Shown: positions 1 to 15,000 of the stretch, in pieces
How positions within the stretch are numbered: the stretch's first letter is position 1
Layout of the letters: each line of letters opens with the position of its first letter
Source: Pristiophorus japonicus
Lineage: Eukaryota
Direction of reading: 5' to 3'
DNA: 64,000 nucleotides
Assembly: GCF_044704955.1 (NCBI RefSeq)
Contig: NC_092010.1
Span: 9,982,001 to 10,046,000 of the forward strand
Translations under genes and position numbers: made by a program
The notes under the pieces: model-generated
The model's input: the letters and a program-made list of their open reading frames with translations, nothing else
Databases searched by the model: none
What the model was told of the DNA's origin: nothing

Positions 1-3000
1 ACAGTGGAATGGAGAGATCAGATAGAACTACTGTACACGGGAATGGACAGATCAGATAGAACTTCTGTACACAGAGGAATGGAGAGATCAGATTGAACTA
101 CTGTAAACGGGAATGGACAGATCAGATAGAACTACTGTACACAGAGTGGAATGGACAGATCAGGTAGAAATACTGTACTCAGGGAATGGAGAGATCAGAT
201 AGAGCGACTGTACACGGGGGAATGGACAGATCAGATAGAACTCTTGTACACAGCGAATGGACAGATCAGATAGAATTACAGTGCACAAGGGAATGGACAG
301 ATCAGATAGAACTACATTACACAGGGGAATGGACTGATCAGATAGAACTACTGTACACCGAGGAATGGAGAGATCAGATAGAACTACTGTATACAGGGGA
401 ATGGGCAGATCAGATAGAACTAGTGTGCACAGGGGAATGTACAGATCAGGTAGAACTACTGTATACAGAGGAATGGAGAGATCAGAGAGAACTACTGTTC
501 ACAGGGAATGAACAGATCAGATAGAACTACTGTACACAGGGGAATGGAATGATCGGATAGAACTGCTGTACTCAGGGAATGGACAGATCAGATAGAACTC
601 CTGTATACAGCGGGAATGGAGTGATCAGATAGGACTACTGTACACAGGGGAATGGAAAGATCAGATAGGTCTACTGTACACAGAAAATGGAGAGATCAGG
701 TAGAACTACTCCACACAGGGGAATGGACAGATCAGATAGAACTACTGTACACAGAGGGATGGAGAGATCAGATAAAATTACAGTGCACAGGGGAATGGAC
801 AGATCAGATCGAACTGCTGTACTCAGGGAATGGACAGATCAGATAGAACTACTGTACACGGGGGAATGGATGATCAGATACAACGAATGTACACAGGGGA
901 ATGGACGGATCAGATAGGACTACTGCACACAGGGGAATGGACAGAGCAGATAGAACTACTGTACACAGAGGAATGAAGTGATCAGATAGAACTACTGCAC
1001 GCGGCGGAATGGACAGATCAGATAGAACTCTTGTACACAGCGAATGGACAGATCAGATAGAATTACAGTGCACAAGGGAATGGACAGATCAGATAGAACT
1101 ACATTACACAGGGGAATGAACTGATCAGATAGAACTACTGTACACCGAGGAATGGAGAGATCAGATAGAACTACTGTATACAGGGGAATGGGCAGATCAG
1201 ATAGAACGAGTGTGCACAGGGGAATGTACAGATCAGGTAGAACTACTGTATACAGAGGAATGGAGAGATCAGAGAGAACTTCTGTTCACAGGGAATGAAC
1301 AGATCAGATAGAACTACTGTACACAGGGGAATGGAATGATCGGATAGAACTGCTGTACTCAGGGAATGGACAGATCAGATAGAACTCCTGTATACAGCGG
1401 GAATGGAGTGATCAGATAGGACTACTGTACACAGGGGAATGGAAAGATCAGATAGATCTACTGTACACAGAAAATGGAGAGATCAGGTAGAACTACTCCA
1501 CACAGGGGAATGGACAGATCAGATAGAACTACTGTACACAGAGGGATGGAGAGATCAGATAAAATTACAGTGCACAGGGGAATGGACAGATCAGATCGAA
1601 CTGCTGTACTCAGGGAATGGACAGATCAGATAGAACTACTGTACACGGGGGAATGGATGATCAGATACAACGAATGTACACAGGGGAATGGACGGATCAG
1701 ATAGGACTACTGCACACAGGGGAATGGACAGAGCAGATAGAACTACTGTACACAGAGGAATGAAGTGATCAGATAGAACTACTGCACGCGGCGGAATGGA
1801 CAGATCAGATAGAACTCTTGTACACAGCGAATGGACAGATCAGATAGAATTACAGTGCACAAGGGAATGGACAGATCAGATAGAACTACATTACACAGGG
1901 GAATGAACTGATCAGATAGAACTACTGTACACCGAGGAATGGAGAGATCAGATAGAACTACTGTATACAGGGGAATGGGCAGATCAGATAGAACGAGTGT
2001 GCACAGGGGAATGTACAGATCAGGTAGAACTACTGTATACAGAGGAATGGAGAGATCAGAGAGAACTTCTGTTCACAGGTAATGAACAGATCAGATAGAA
2101 CTACTGTACACAGGGGAATGGAATGATCGGATAGAACTGCTGTACTCAGGGAATGGACAGATCAGATAGAACTCCTGTATACAGCGGGAATGGAGTGATC
2201 AGATAGGACTACTGTACACAGGGGAATGGAAAGATCAGATAGATCTACTGTACACAGAAAATGGAGAGATCAGGTAGAACTACTGTACACAGGGGAATGG
2301 ACAGATCAGATAGAACTACTGTACACGGGAATGGAGAGATCAGATAGAACTACTGTACACAGGGGAATGGAGTGATCAGATAGAACTACTGTACACAGGG
2401 GAATGGAGTGATCAGATAGAACTACTGTACACAGGGGAATGGGCAGATCAGATGGAACTACTGCACACAGGGGAATGGACAGATCAGATAGAATAGAGTA
2501 CACAGGGGGATGGAGTGATCAGATAGAACTGCTTTACAGAGGGGAATGCAGTGAGCAGATAGAACTACTGTACAAAGCGAATGGAGAGATCAGATAGAAC
2601 TACTGTACACAGGGAATGGACAGATCAGATAGATCTACTGTACACAAGAAATGAACATATCAGAAAGAACTACTGTGCACAGGGGAATGGAGTGATCAGA
2701 TAGAACTGCTGTACTCAGGGAATGGACAGATCAGATAGAACTACTGTATACAGGGGGGATGGAGAGTTCAGATAAAACTACTGTACACAGGGGAATGGAA
2801 AGATCAGAGAGATCTACTGTACACAGGGAATGGATAGATCAGGTAGAACTACTCTACACAGGGGAATGGAGAGATCAGGTAGAATTACTCTACACAGGGG
2901 AATGGACAGATCAGATAGAACTATTGTACAGAGCGGAATGGACAGATCAGATAGAACTGCTGGACACAGGGGAATGGAGTGATCAGATAGAACTACTGTA

Positions 3001-6000
3001 CACAGGGGAATGGACAGATCAGATAGAACTAATGTACACAGGGGAATGGACAGATCAGATAGAATGACTGTACACAGGGGAATGGAGTGATCAGATAGAA
3101 CTACTGTACACAGGGAATTGTCAAATCAGATAGAATTAATGTAAACAGGGAATGGACAGATCAGATAGAACTACTGTACATAAGGGCAATGGACAGATCA
3201 GATAGAACTACTGTACACAGGGATATGGACAGATCAGATACAACTCTGTACACAGTGGAATAGACAGATCAGATAGAACTACTGTACACAGGGGAATGGA
3301 GTGATCAGATAGAACTATTGTGCACAGAGGAATGTACAGATCAGATAGAACTACTGTCCACAGGGGTATGGAGAGATCAGATAGAAGTACTGTACACAGG
3401 GGAATGGACAGATCAGATAGAACTCCTGCACACAGCGAATGGACAGATCAGACAGAACTACAGTACACAAGGGAATGGACAGATCAGAAAGAACTACTGT
3501 ACACAGGGGAATGGTGTGATCGGATAGAACTGCTGTCCTCTGTGAATGGACAGATCAGATAGAACTACTGTATACAGGGGGAATGAAGAGTTCAGATAGA
3601 ACTACTGTATACAGGGGGAATGAAGAGTTCAGATGGAACTACTGTACACAGGGGAATGGAAAGATCAGATATATCTACTGTACACAGGGAATGGAGCGAT
3701 CAGGTAGAACTACTGTACACAGGGGAATGGACAGATCAGATAGAACTACTGTACACGGGAATGGAGAGATCAGATAGAACTACTGTACACAGGGGAATGG
3801 AGTGATCAGATAGAACTACTGTACACAGGGGAATGGACAGATCAGATGGAACTACTGCACACAGGGGAATGGACAGATCAGATAGAATAGAGTACACAGG
3901 GGGATGGAGTGATCAGATAGAACTGCTTTACAGAGGGGAATGCAGTGAGCAGATAGAACTACTGTACAAAGCGAATGGAGAGATCAGATAGAACTACTGT
4001 ACACAGGGAATGGACAGATCAGATAGATCTACTGTACACAAGAAATGAACAGATCAGAAAGAACTACTGTGCACAGGGGAATGGAGTGATCAGATAGAAC
4101 TACTGTACACAGGGGAATGGACAGATCAGATAGAACAACTGTACACAGAGAAATGGAGAGATCAGATGGAACTAATGTCCACAGGGGAATGCACAGATCA
4201 GATAGAACTACTGTACACAGAGGGGAATGGACAAATCAGATAGAACTGCTGTATACAGGGAATGGAGAGATCAGATAGAACTACTCTACACAGGGGACTG
4301 GACAGATCAGACAGAACTACTGTACACAGAGGAATGGAGAGATCAGATGAAACTAATGTACACAGGGGAATGCACAGAACGGATAGAATTACTGTGCACA
4401 GGGGAATGGACAGATCAGATAGAACTACTATACACAGGGGGATGGAATGATCAGATAGATCAACTGTACACTGGGGAATGGACAGATCAGATAGAACTAC
4501 TTTGCACAGGGAATGAACAGATCAGTTGTAACTACTGTACAAAGGGGAATGGAGTGATCAGATAGAACTACTCTGCACAGGGGAATGGACATATCAGGTA
4601 GAACTACTCTGCACAGGGAAATGGACAGATCAGATAGAACTACTGTACACAGAGGGGAATGGACAGATCAGATAGTACTACTGTACATAGTGAATGGAGA
4701 GATCAGATAGAACTACTGTACACGTAGGAATGGACAGATCAGATAGAACTTCTGTACACACAGGGGAATGGACAGATCAGATAGAAATACTGTACACAGT
4801 GGAATGGACAGATCAGATAGAAATACTGTACACAGTGGAATGGACAGATCAGATAGAACTACTGTACACAGGTGAATGGACAGAACAGATATAACTCCTG
4901 AACACAGGGAATGGACAGATCAGATAGAATTACTGTAAACAGGGAATGGACAGATCAGATAGAACTACTGCACACACGGGCAATGGACAGATCAGATAGA
5001 ACTACTGTACATAGAGGAATGCAGAGATCAGATGGAACTAATGCACACAGGGGAATGGACAGATCAGATAGAACTCCTGTACACAGGGGAATAGACAGAG
5101 CAGAGAGAACTCCTGTGCACAGCGAATGGACAGATCAGATAGATCTACTGTACACAGGGAATGAACAGATCAGAAAGAACTACGGTACACAGGGGAATGG
5201 AGTGATCGGATCGAACTGCGGTAGTGAGGGAATGGACAGATCAGATAGAACTACTGTATACAGCGGGAATGGAGAGATCAGATAGAACGACTGTACACAG
5301 GGAATGGAGAGATCAGGTAGAACTACTCTACACAGGGGAATGGACAGATCAGATAGAACTACTGTACACAGGGGAATGGAAAGATCAGATAGATCTACTG
5401 TACACAGGGAATGGAGAGATCAGATAGAACTACTGTACACAGGGGAATGTATAGATCAGATAGAACTACTGTACACAGGGGAATGTACATATCAGATAGA
5501 ACTACTATACACAGTGGAATGGAGAGATCAGATAGAACTACTGTACACGGGAATGGACAGATCAGATACAACTACTGTACACAGAGTGGAATGGACAGAT
5601 CAGGTAGAAATACTGTACTCAGGGAATGGAGAGATCAGATAAAACGACTGTACACGGGGGAATGGACAGATCAGATAGAACTCTTGTACACAGCGAATGG
5701 ACAGATCAGATAGAATTACAGTGCACAAGGGAATGGACAGATCAGATAGAACTACATTACACAGGGGAATGGATTGATCAGATAGAACTACTGTACACCG
5801 AGAAATGGAGAGATCAGATAGAACTACTGTACACGGGGAATGGAGTGATCAGATAGAACTACTGTACACAGGGGAATGGACAGATCAGATAGAACTACTG
5901 TACACGGGAATGGAGAGATCAGATAGAACTACTGTACACAGGGGAATGGAGTGATCAGATAGAACTACTGTACACAGGGGAATGGACAGATCAGATAGAA

Positions 6001-9000
6001 CAACTGTACACAGAGAAATGGAGAGATCAGATGGAACTAATATCCACAGGGGAATGCACAGATCAGATAGAACTACTGTACACAGAGGGGAATGGACAAA
6101 TCAGATAGAACTGCTGTATACAGGGAATGGAGAGATCAGATAGAACTACTCTACACAGGGGAATGGACAGATCAGACAGAACTACTGTACACAGAGGAAT
6201 GGAGAGATCAGATGAAACTAATGCACACAGGGGAATGCACAGAACGGATAGAATTACTGTGCACAGGGGAATGGACAGATCAGATAGAACTACTATACAC
6301 AGGGGGATGGAATGATCAGATAGATCAACTGTACACTGGGGAATGGACAGATCAGATAGAACTACTTTGCACAGGGAATGAACAGATCAGTTGTAACTAC
6401 TGTACAAAGGGGAATGGAGTGATCAGATAGAACTACTCTGCACAGGGGAATGGACATATCAGGTAGAACTACTCTGCACAGGGAAATGGACAGATCAGAT
6501 AGAACTACTGTACACAGAGGGGAATGGACAGATCAGATATTACTACTGTACATAGTGAATGGAGAGATCAGATAGAACTACTGTACACGTAGGAATGGAC
6601 AGATCAGATAGAACTACTGTACACACAGGGGAATGGACAGATCAGATAGAAATACTGTACACAGTGGAATGGACAGATCAGATAGAACTACTGTACACAG
6701 GAATGAACAGATCAGATAGAACTACTGTACACAGGTGAATGGACAGAACAGATATAACTCCTGTACACAGGGAATGGACAGATCAGATAGAATTACTGTA
6801 AACAGGGAATGGACAGAGCAGATAGAACTCCTGTGCACAGCGAATGGACAGATCAGATAGATCTACTGTACACAGGGAATGAACAGATCAGAAAGAACTA
6901 CGGTACACAGGGGAATGGAGTGATCGGATCGAACTGCGGTAGTGAGGGAATGGACAGATCAGATAGAACTACTGTATACAGCGGGAATGGAGAGATCAGA
7001 TAGAACGACTGTACACAGGGAATGGAGAGATCAGGTAGAACTACTCTACACAGGGGAATGGACAGATCAGATAGAACTACTGTACACAGGGGAATGGAAA
7101 GATCAGATAGATCTACTGTACACAGGGAATGGAGAGATCAGATAGAACTACTGTACGCAGGGGAATGTATAGATCAGATAGAACTACTGTACACAGGGGA
7201 ATGTACATATCAGATAGAACTACTATACACAGTGGAATGGAGAGATCAGATAGAACTACTGTACACGGGAATGGACAGATCAGATAGAACTACTGTACAC
7301 AGAGGAATGGAGAGATCAGATTGAACTACTGTAAACGGGAATGGACAGATCAGATAGAACTACTGTACACAGAGTGGAATGGACAGATCAGGTAGAAATA
7401 CTGTACTCAGGGAATGGAGAGATCAGATAGAGCGACTGTACACGGGGGAATGGACAGATCAGATAGAACTCTTGTACACAGCGAATGGACAGATCAGATA
7501 GAATTACAGTGCACAAGGGAATGGACAGATCAGATAGAACTACATTACACAGGGGAATGGACTGATCAGATAGAACTACTGTACACCGAGGAATGGAGAG
7601 ATCAGATAGAACTACTGTATACAGGGGAATGGGCAGATCAGATAGAACTAGTGTGCACAGGGGAATGTACAGATCAGGTAGAACTACTGTATACAGAGGA
7701 ATGGAGAGATCAGAGAGAACTACTGTTCACAGGGAATGAACAGATCAGATAGAACTACTGTACACAGGGGAATGGAATGATCGGATAGAACTGCTGTACT
7801 CAGGGAATGGACAGATCAGATAGAACTCCTGTATACAGCGGGAATGGAGTGATCAGATAGGACTACTGTACACAGGGGAATGGAAAGATCAGATAGATCT
7901 ACTGTACACAGAAAATGGAGAGATCAGGTAGAACTACTCCACACAGGGGAATGGACAGATCAGATAGAACTACTGTACACAGAGGGATGGAGAGATCAGA
8001 TAAAATTACACTGCACAGGGGAATGGACAGATCAGATCGAACTGCTGTACTCAGGGAATGGACAGATCAGATAGAACTACTGTACACGGGGGAATGGATG
8101 ATCAGATACAACGAATGTACACAGGGGAATGGACGGATCAGATAGGACTACTGCACACAGGGGAATGGACAGAGCAGATAGAACTACTGTACACAGAGGA
8201 ATGAAGTGATCAGATAGAACTACTGCACGCGGCGGAATGGACAGATCAGATAGAACTCTTGTACACAGCGAATGGACAGATCAGATAGAATTACAGTGCA
8301 CAAGGGAATGGACAGATCAGATAGAACTACATTACACAGGGGAATGAACTGATCAGATAGAACTACTGTACACCGAGGAATGGAGAGATCAGATAGAACT
8401 ACTGTATACAGGGGAATGGGCAGATCAGATAGAACGAGTGTGCACAGGGGAATGTACAGATCAGGTAGAACTACTGTATACAGAGGAATGGAGAGATCAG
8501 AGAGAACTTCTGTTCACAGGGAATGAACAGATCAGATAGAACTACTGTACACAGGGGAATGGAATGATCGGATAGAACTGCTGTACTCAGGGAATGGACA
8601 GATCAGATAGAACTCCTGTATACAGCGGGAATGGAGTGATCAGATAGGACTACTGTACACAGGGGAATGGAAAGATCAGATAGATCTACTGTACACAGAA
8701 AATGGAGAGATCAGGTAGAACTACTCCACACAGGGGAATGGACAGATCAGATAGAACTACTGTACACAGAGGAATGGAGAGATCAGATAAAATTACAGTG
8801 CACAGGGGAATGGACAGATCAGATCGAACTGCTGTACTCAGGGAATGGACAGATCAGATAGAACTACTGTACACGGGGGAATGGATGATCACATACAACG
8901 AATGTACACAGGGGAATGGACGGATCAGATAGGACTACTGCACACAGGGGAATGGACAGAGCAGATAGAACTACTGTACATAGAGGAATGGACAGATCAG

Positions 9001-12000
9001 ATAGAACCACTCTGCACAGGTAAATGGAGATTTCAAAAAGAACTACTGTACACAGTGGAATGGACAGATCAGATGGAACTACTGCACACAGGGGAATGGA
9101 CAGATCAGATAGAATACAGTACACAGGGGGATGGACATATCAGATTGAACTACTGTACACAGGGGAATGGAGTGATCAGATAGAACTGCTTTACAGATGG
9201 GAATGCAGTGAGCAGATAGAACTACTGTACAAAGCGAATGGAGAGATCAGATAGATCTACTGTACACAAGGAATGAACAGATCAGAAAGAACTACTGTGC
9301 ACAGGGGAATGGAATGATCGGATAGAACTGCTGTACTCAGGGAATGGACAGATCAGATAGAACTCCTGTATACAGCGGGAATGGAGTGATCAGATAGGAC
9401 TACTGTACACAGGGGAATGGAAAGATCAGATAGATCTACTGTACACAGAAAATGGAGAGATCAGGTAGAACTACTCCACACAGGGGAATGGACAGATCAG
9501 ATAGAACTACTGTACACAGAGGGATGGAGAGATCAGATAAAATTACAGTGCACAGGGGAATGGACAGATCAGATCGAACTGCTGTACTCAGGGAATGGAC
9601 AGATCAGATAGAACTACTGTACACGGGGGAATGGATGATCAGATACAACGAATGTACACAGGGGAATGGACGGATCAGATAGGACTACTGCACACAGGGG
9701 AATGGACAGAGCAGATAGAACTACTGTACACAGAGGAATGAAGTGATCAGATAGAACTACTGCACGCGGCGGAATGGACAGATCAGATAGAACTCTTGTA
9801 CACAGCGAATGGACAGATCAGATAGAATTACAGTGCACAAGGGAATGGACAGATCAGATAGAACTACATTACACAGGGGAATGAACTGATCAGATAGAAC
9901 TACTGTACACCGAGGAATGGAGAGATCAGATAGAACTACTGTATACAGGGGAATGGGCAGATCAGATAGAACGAGTGTGCACAGGGGAATGTACAGATCA
10001 GGTAGAACTACTGTATACAGAGGAATGGAGAGATCAGAGAGAACTTCTGTTCACAGGTAATGAACAGATCAGATAGAACTACTGTACACAGGGGAATGGA
10101 ATGATCGGATAGAACTGCTGTACTCAGGGAATGGACAGATCAGATAGAACTCCTGTATACAGCGGGAATGGAGTGATCAGATAGGACTACTGTACACAGG
10201 GGAATGGAAAGATCAGATAGATCTACTGTACACAGAAAATGGAGAGATCAGGTAGAACTACTGTACACAGGGGAATGGACAGATCAGATAGAACTACTGT
10301 ACACGGGAATGGAGAGATCAGATAGAACTACTGTACACAGGGGAATGGAGTGATCAGATAGAACTACTGTACACAGGGGAATGGAGTGATCAGATAGAAC
10401 TACTGTACACAGGGGAATGGGCAGATCAGATGGAACTACTGCACACAGGGGAATGGACAGATCAGATAGAATAGAGTACACAGGGGGATGGAGTGATCAG
10501 ATAGAACTGCTTTACAGAGGGGAATGCAGTGAGCAGATAGAACTACTGTACAAAGCGAATGGAGAGATCAGATAGAACTACTGTACACAGGGAATGGACA
10601 GATCAGATAGATCTACTGTACACAAGAAATGAACATATCAGAAAGAACTACTGTGCACAGGGGAATGGAGTGATCAGATAGAACTGCTGTACTCAGGGAA
10701 TGGACAGATCAGATAGAACTACTGTATACAGGGGGGATGGAGAGTTCAGATAAAACTACTGTACACAGGGGAATGGAAAGATCAGAGAGATCTACTGTAC
10801 ACAGGGAATGGATAGATCAGGTAGAACTACTCTACACAGGGGAATGGAGAGATCAGGTAGAATTACTCTACACAGGGGAATGGACAGATCAGATAGAACT
10901 ATTGTACAGAGCGGAATGGACAGATCAGATAGAACTGCTGGACACAGGGGAATGGAGTGATCAGATAGAACTACTGTACACAGGGGAATGGACAGATCAG
11001 ATAGAACTAATGTACACAGGGGAATGGACAGATCAGATAGAATGACTGTACACAGGGGAATGGAGTGATCAGATAGAACTACTGTACACAGGGAATTGTC
11101 AAATCAGATAGAATTAATGTAAACAGGGAATGGACAGATCAGATAGAACTACTGTACATAAGGGCAATGGACAGATCAGATAGAACTACTGTACACAGGG
11201 ATATGGACAGATCAGATACAACTCTGTACACAGTGGAATAGACAGATCAGATAGAACTACTGTACACAGGGGAATGGAGTGATCAGATAGAACTATTGTG
11301 CACAGAGGAATGTACAGATCAGATAGAACTACTGTCCACAGGGGTATGGAGAGATCAGATAGAAGTACTGTACACAGGGGAATGGACAGATCAGATAGAA
11401 CTCCTGCACACAGCGAATGGACAGATCAGACAGAACTACAGTACACAAGGGAATGGACAGATCAGAAAGAACTACTGTACACAGGGGAATGGTGTGATCG
11501 GATAGAACTGCTGTCCTCTGTGAATGGACAGATCAGATAGAACTACTGTATACAGGGGGAATGAAGAGTTCAGATAGAACTACTGTATACAGGGGGAATG
11601 AAGAGTTCAGATGGAACTACTGTACACAGGGGAATGGAAAGATCAGATATATCTACTGTACACAGGGAATGGAGCGATCAGGTAGAACTACTGTACACAG
11701 GGGAATGGACAGATCAGATAGAACTACTGTACACGGGAATGGAGAGATCAGATAGAACTACTGTACACAGGGGAATGGAGTGATCAGATAGAACTACTGT
11801 ACACAGGGGAATGGACAGATCAGATGGAACTACTGCACACAGGGGAATGGACAGATCAGATAGAATAGAGTACACAGGGGGATGGAGTGATCAGATAGAA
11901 CTGCTTTACAGAGGGGAATGCAGTGAGCAGATAGAACTACTGTACAAAGCGAATGGAGAGATCAGATAGAACTACTGTACACAGGGAATGGACAGATCAG

Positions 12001-15000
12001 ATAGATCTACTGTACACAAGAAATGAACAGATCAGAAAGAACTACTGTGCACAGGGGAATGGAGTGATCAGATAGAACTACTGTACACAGGGGAATGGAC
12101 AGATCAGATAGAACAACTGTACACAGAGAAATGGAGAGATCAGATGGAACTAATGTCCACAGGGGAATGCACAGATCAGATAGAACTACTGTACACAGAG
12201 GGGAATGGACAAATCAGATAGAACTGCTGTATACAGGGAATGGAGAGATCAGATAGAACTACTCTACACAGGGGACTGGACAGATCAGACAGAACTACTG
12301 TACACAGAGGAATGGAGAGATCAGATGAAACTAATGTACACAGGGGAATGCACAGAACGGATAGAATTACTGTGCACAGGGGAATGGACAGATCAGATAG
12401 AACTACTATACACAGGGGGATGGAATGATCAGATAGATCAACTGTACACTGGGGAATGGACAGATCAGATAGAACTACTTTGCACAGGGAATGAACAGAT
12501 CAGTTGTAACTACTGTACAAAGGGGAATGGAGTGATCAGATAGAACTACTCTGCACAGGGGAATGGACATATCAGGTAGAACTACTCTGCACAGGGAAAT
12601 GGACAGATCAGATAGAACTACTGTACACAGAGGGGAATGGACAGATCAGATAGTACTACTGTACATAGTGAATGGAGAGATCAGATAGAACTACTGTACA
12701 CGTAGGAATGGACAGATCAGATAGAACTTCTGTACACACAGGGGAATGGACAGATCAGATAGAAATACTGTACACAGTGGAATGGACAGATCAGATAGAA
12801 ATACTGTACACAGTGGAATGGACAGATCAGATAGAACTACTGTACACAGGTGAATGGACAGAACAGATATAACTCCTGAACACAGGGAATGGACAGATCA
12901 GATAGAATTACTGTAAACAGGGAATGGACAGATCAGATAGAACTACTGCACACACGGGCAATGGACAGATCAGATAGAACTACTGTACATAGAGGAATGC
13001 AGAGATCAGATGGAACTAATGCACACAGGGGAATGGACAGATCAGATAGAACTCCTGTACACAGGGGAATAGACAGAGCAGAGAGAACTCCTGTGCACAG
13101 CGAATGGACAGATCAGATAGATCTACTGTACACAGGGAATGAACAGATCAGAAAGAACTACGGTACACAGGGGAATGGAGTGATCGGATCGAACTGCGGT
13201 AGTGAGGGAATGGACAGATCAGATAGAACTACTGTATACAGCGGGAATGGAGAGATCAGATAGAACGACTGTACACAGGGAATGGAGAGATCAGGTAGAA
13301 CTACTCTACACAGGGGAATGGACAGATCAGATAGAACTACTGTACACAGGGGAATGGAAAGATCAGATAGATCTACTGTACACAGGGAATGGAGAGATCA
13401 GATAGAACTACTGTACACAGGGGAATGTATAGATCAGATAGAACTACTGTACACAGGGGAATGTACATATCAGATAGAACTACTATACACAGTGGAATGG
13501 AGAGATCAGATAGAACTACTGTACACGGGAATGGACAGATCAGATAGAACTACTGTACACAGAGTGGAATGGACAGATCAGGTAGAAATACTGTACTCAG
13601 GGAATGGAGAGATCAGATAAAACGACTGTACACGGGGGAATGGACAGATCAGATAGAACTCTTGTACACAGCGAATGGACAGATCAGATAGAATTACAGT
13701 GCACAAGGGAATGGACAGATCAGATAGAACTACATTACACAGGGGAATGGATTGATCAGATAGAACTACTGTACACCGAGAAATGGAGAGATCAGATAGA
13801 ACTACTGTACACGGGGAATGGAGTGATCAGATAGAACTACTGTACACAGGGGAATGGACAGATCAGATAGAACTACTGTACACGGGAATGGAGAGATCAG
13901 ATAGAACTACTGTACACAGGGGAATGGAGTGATCAGATAGAACTACTGTACACAGGGGAATGGACAGATCAGATAGAACAACTGTACACAGAGAAATGGA
14001 GAGATCAGATGGAACTAATATCCACAGGGGAATGCACAGATCAGATAGAACTACTGTACACAGAGGGGAATGGACAAATCAGATAGAACTGCTGTATACA
14101 GGGAATGGAGAGATCAGATAGAACTACTCTACACAGGGGAATGGACAGATCAGACAGAACTACTGTACACAGAGGAATGGAGAGATCAGATGAAACTAAT
14201 GCACACAGGGGAATGCACAGAACGGATAGAATTACTGTGCACAGGGGAATGGACAGATCAGATAGAACTACTATACACAGGGGGATGGAATGATCAGATA
14301 GATCAACTGTACACTGGGGAATGGACAGATCAGATAGAACTACTTTGCACAGGGAATGAACAGATCAGTTGTAACTACTGTACAAAGGGGAATGGAGTGA
14401 TCAGATAGAACTACTCTGCACAGGGGAATGGACATATCAGGTAGAACTACTCTGCACAGGGAAATGGACAGATCAGATAGAACTACTGTACACAGAGGGG
14501 AATGGACAGATCAGATATTACTACTGTACATAGTGAATGGAGAGATCAGATAGAACTACTGTACACGTAGGAATGGACAGATCAGATAGAACTACTGTAC
14601 ACACAGGGGAATGGACAGATCAGATAGAAATACTGTACACAGTGGAATGGACAGATCAGATAGAACTACTGTACACAGGAATGAACAGATCAGATAGAAC
14701 TACTGTACACAGGTGAATGGACAGAACAGATATAACTCCTGTACACAGGGAATGGACAGATCAGATAGAATTACTGTAAACAGGGAATGGACAGAGCAGA
14801 TAGAACTCCTGTGCACAGCGAATGGACAGATCAGATAGATCTACTGTACACAGGGAATGAACAGATCAGAAAGAACTACGGTACACAGGGGAATGGAGTG
14901 ATCGGATCGAACTGCGGTAGTGAGGGAATGGACAGATCAGATAGAACTACTGTATACAGCGGGAATGGAGAGATCAGATAGAACGACTGTACACAGGGAA

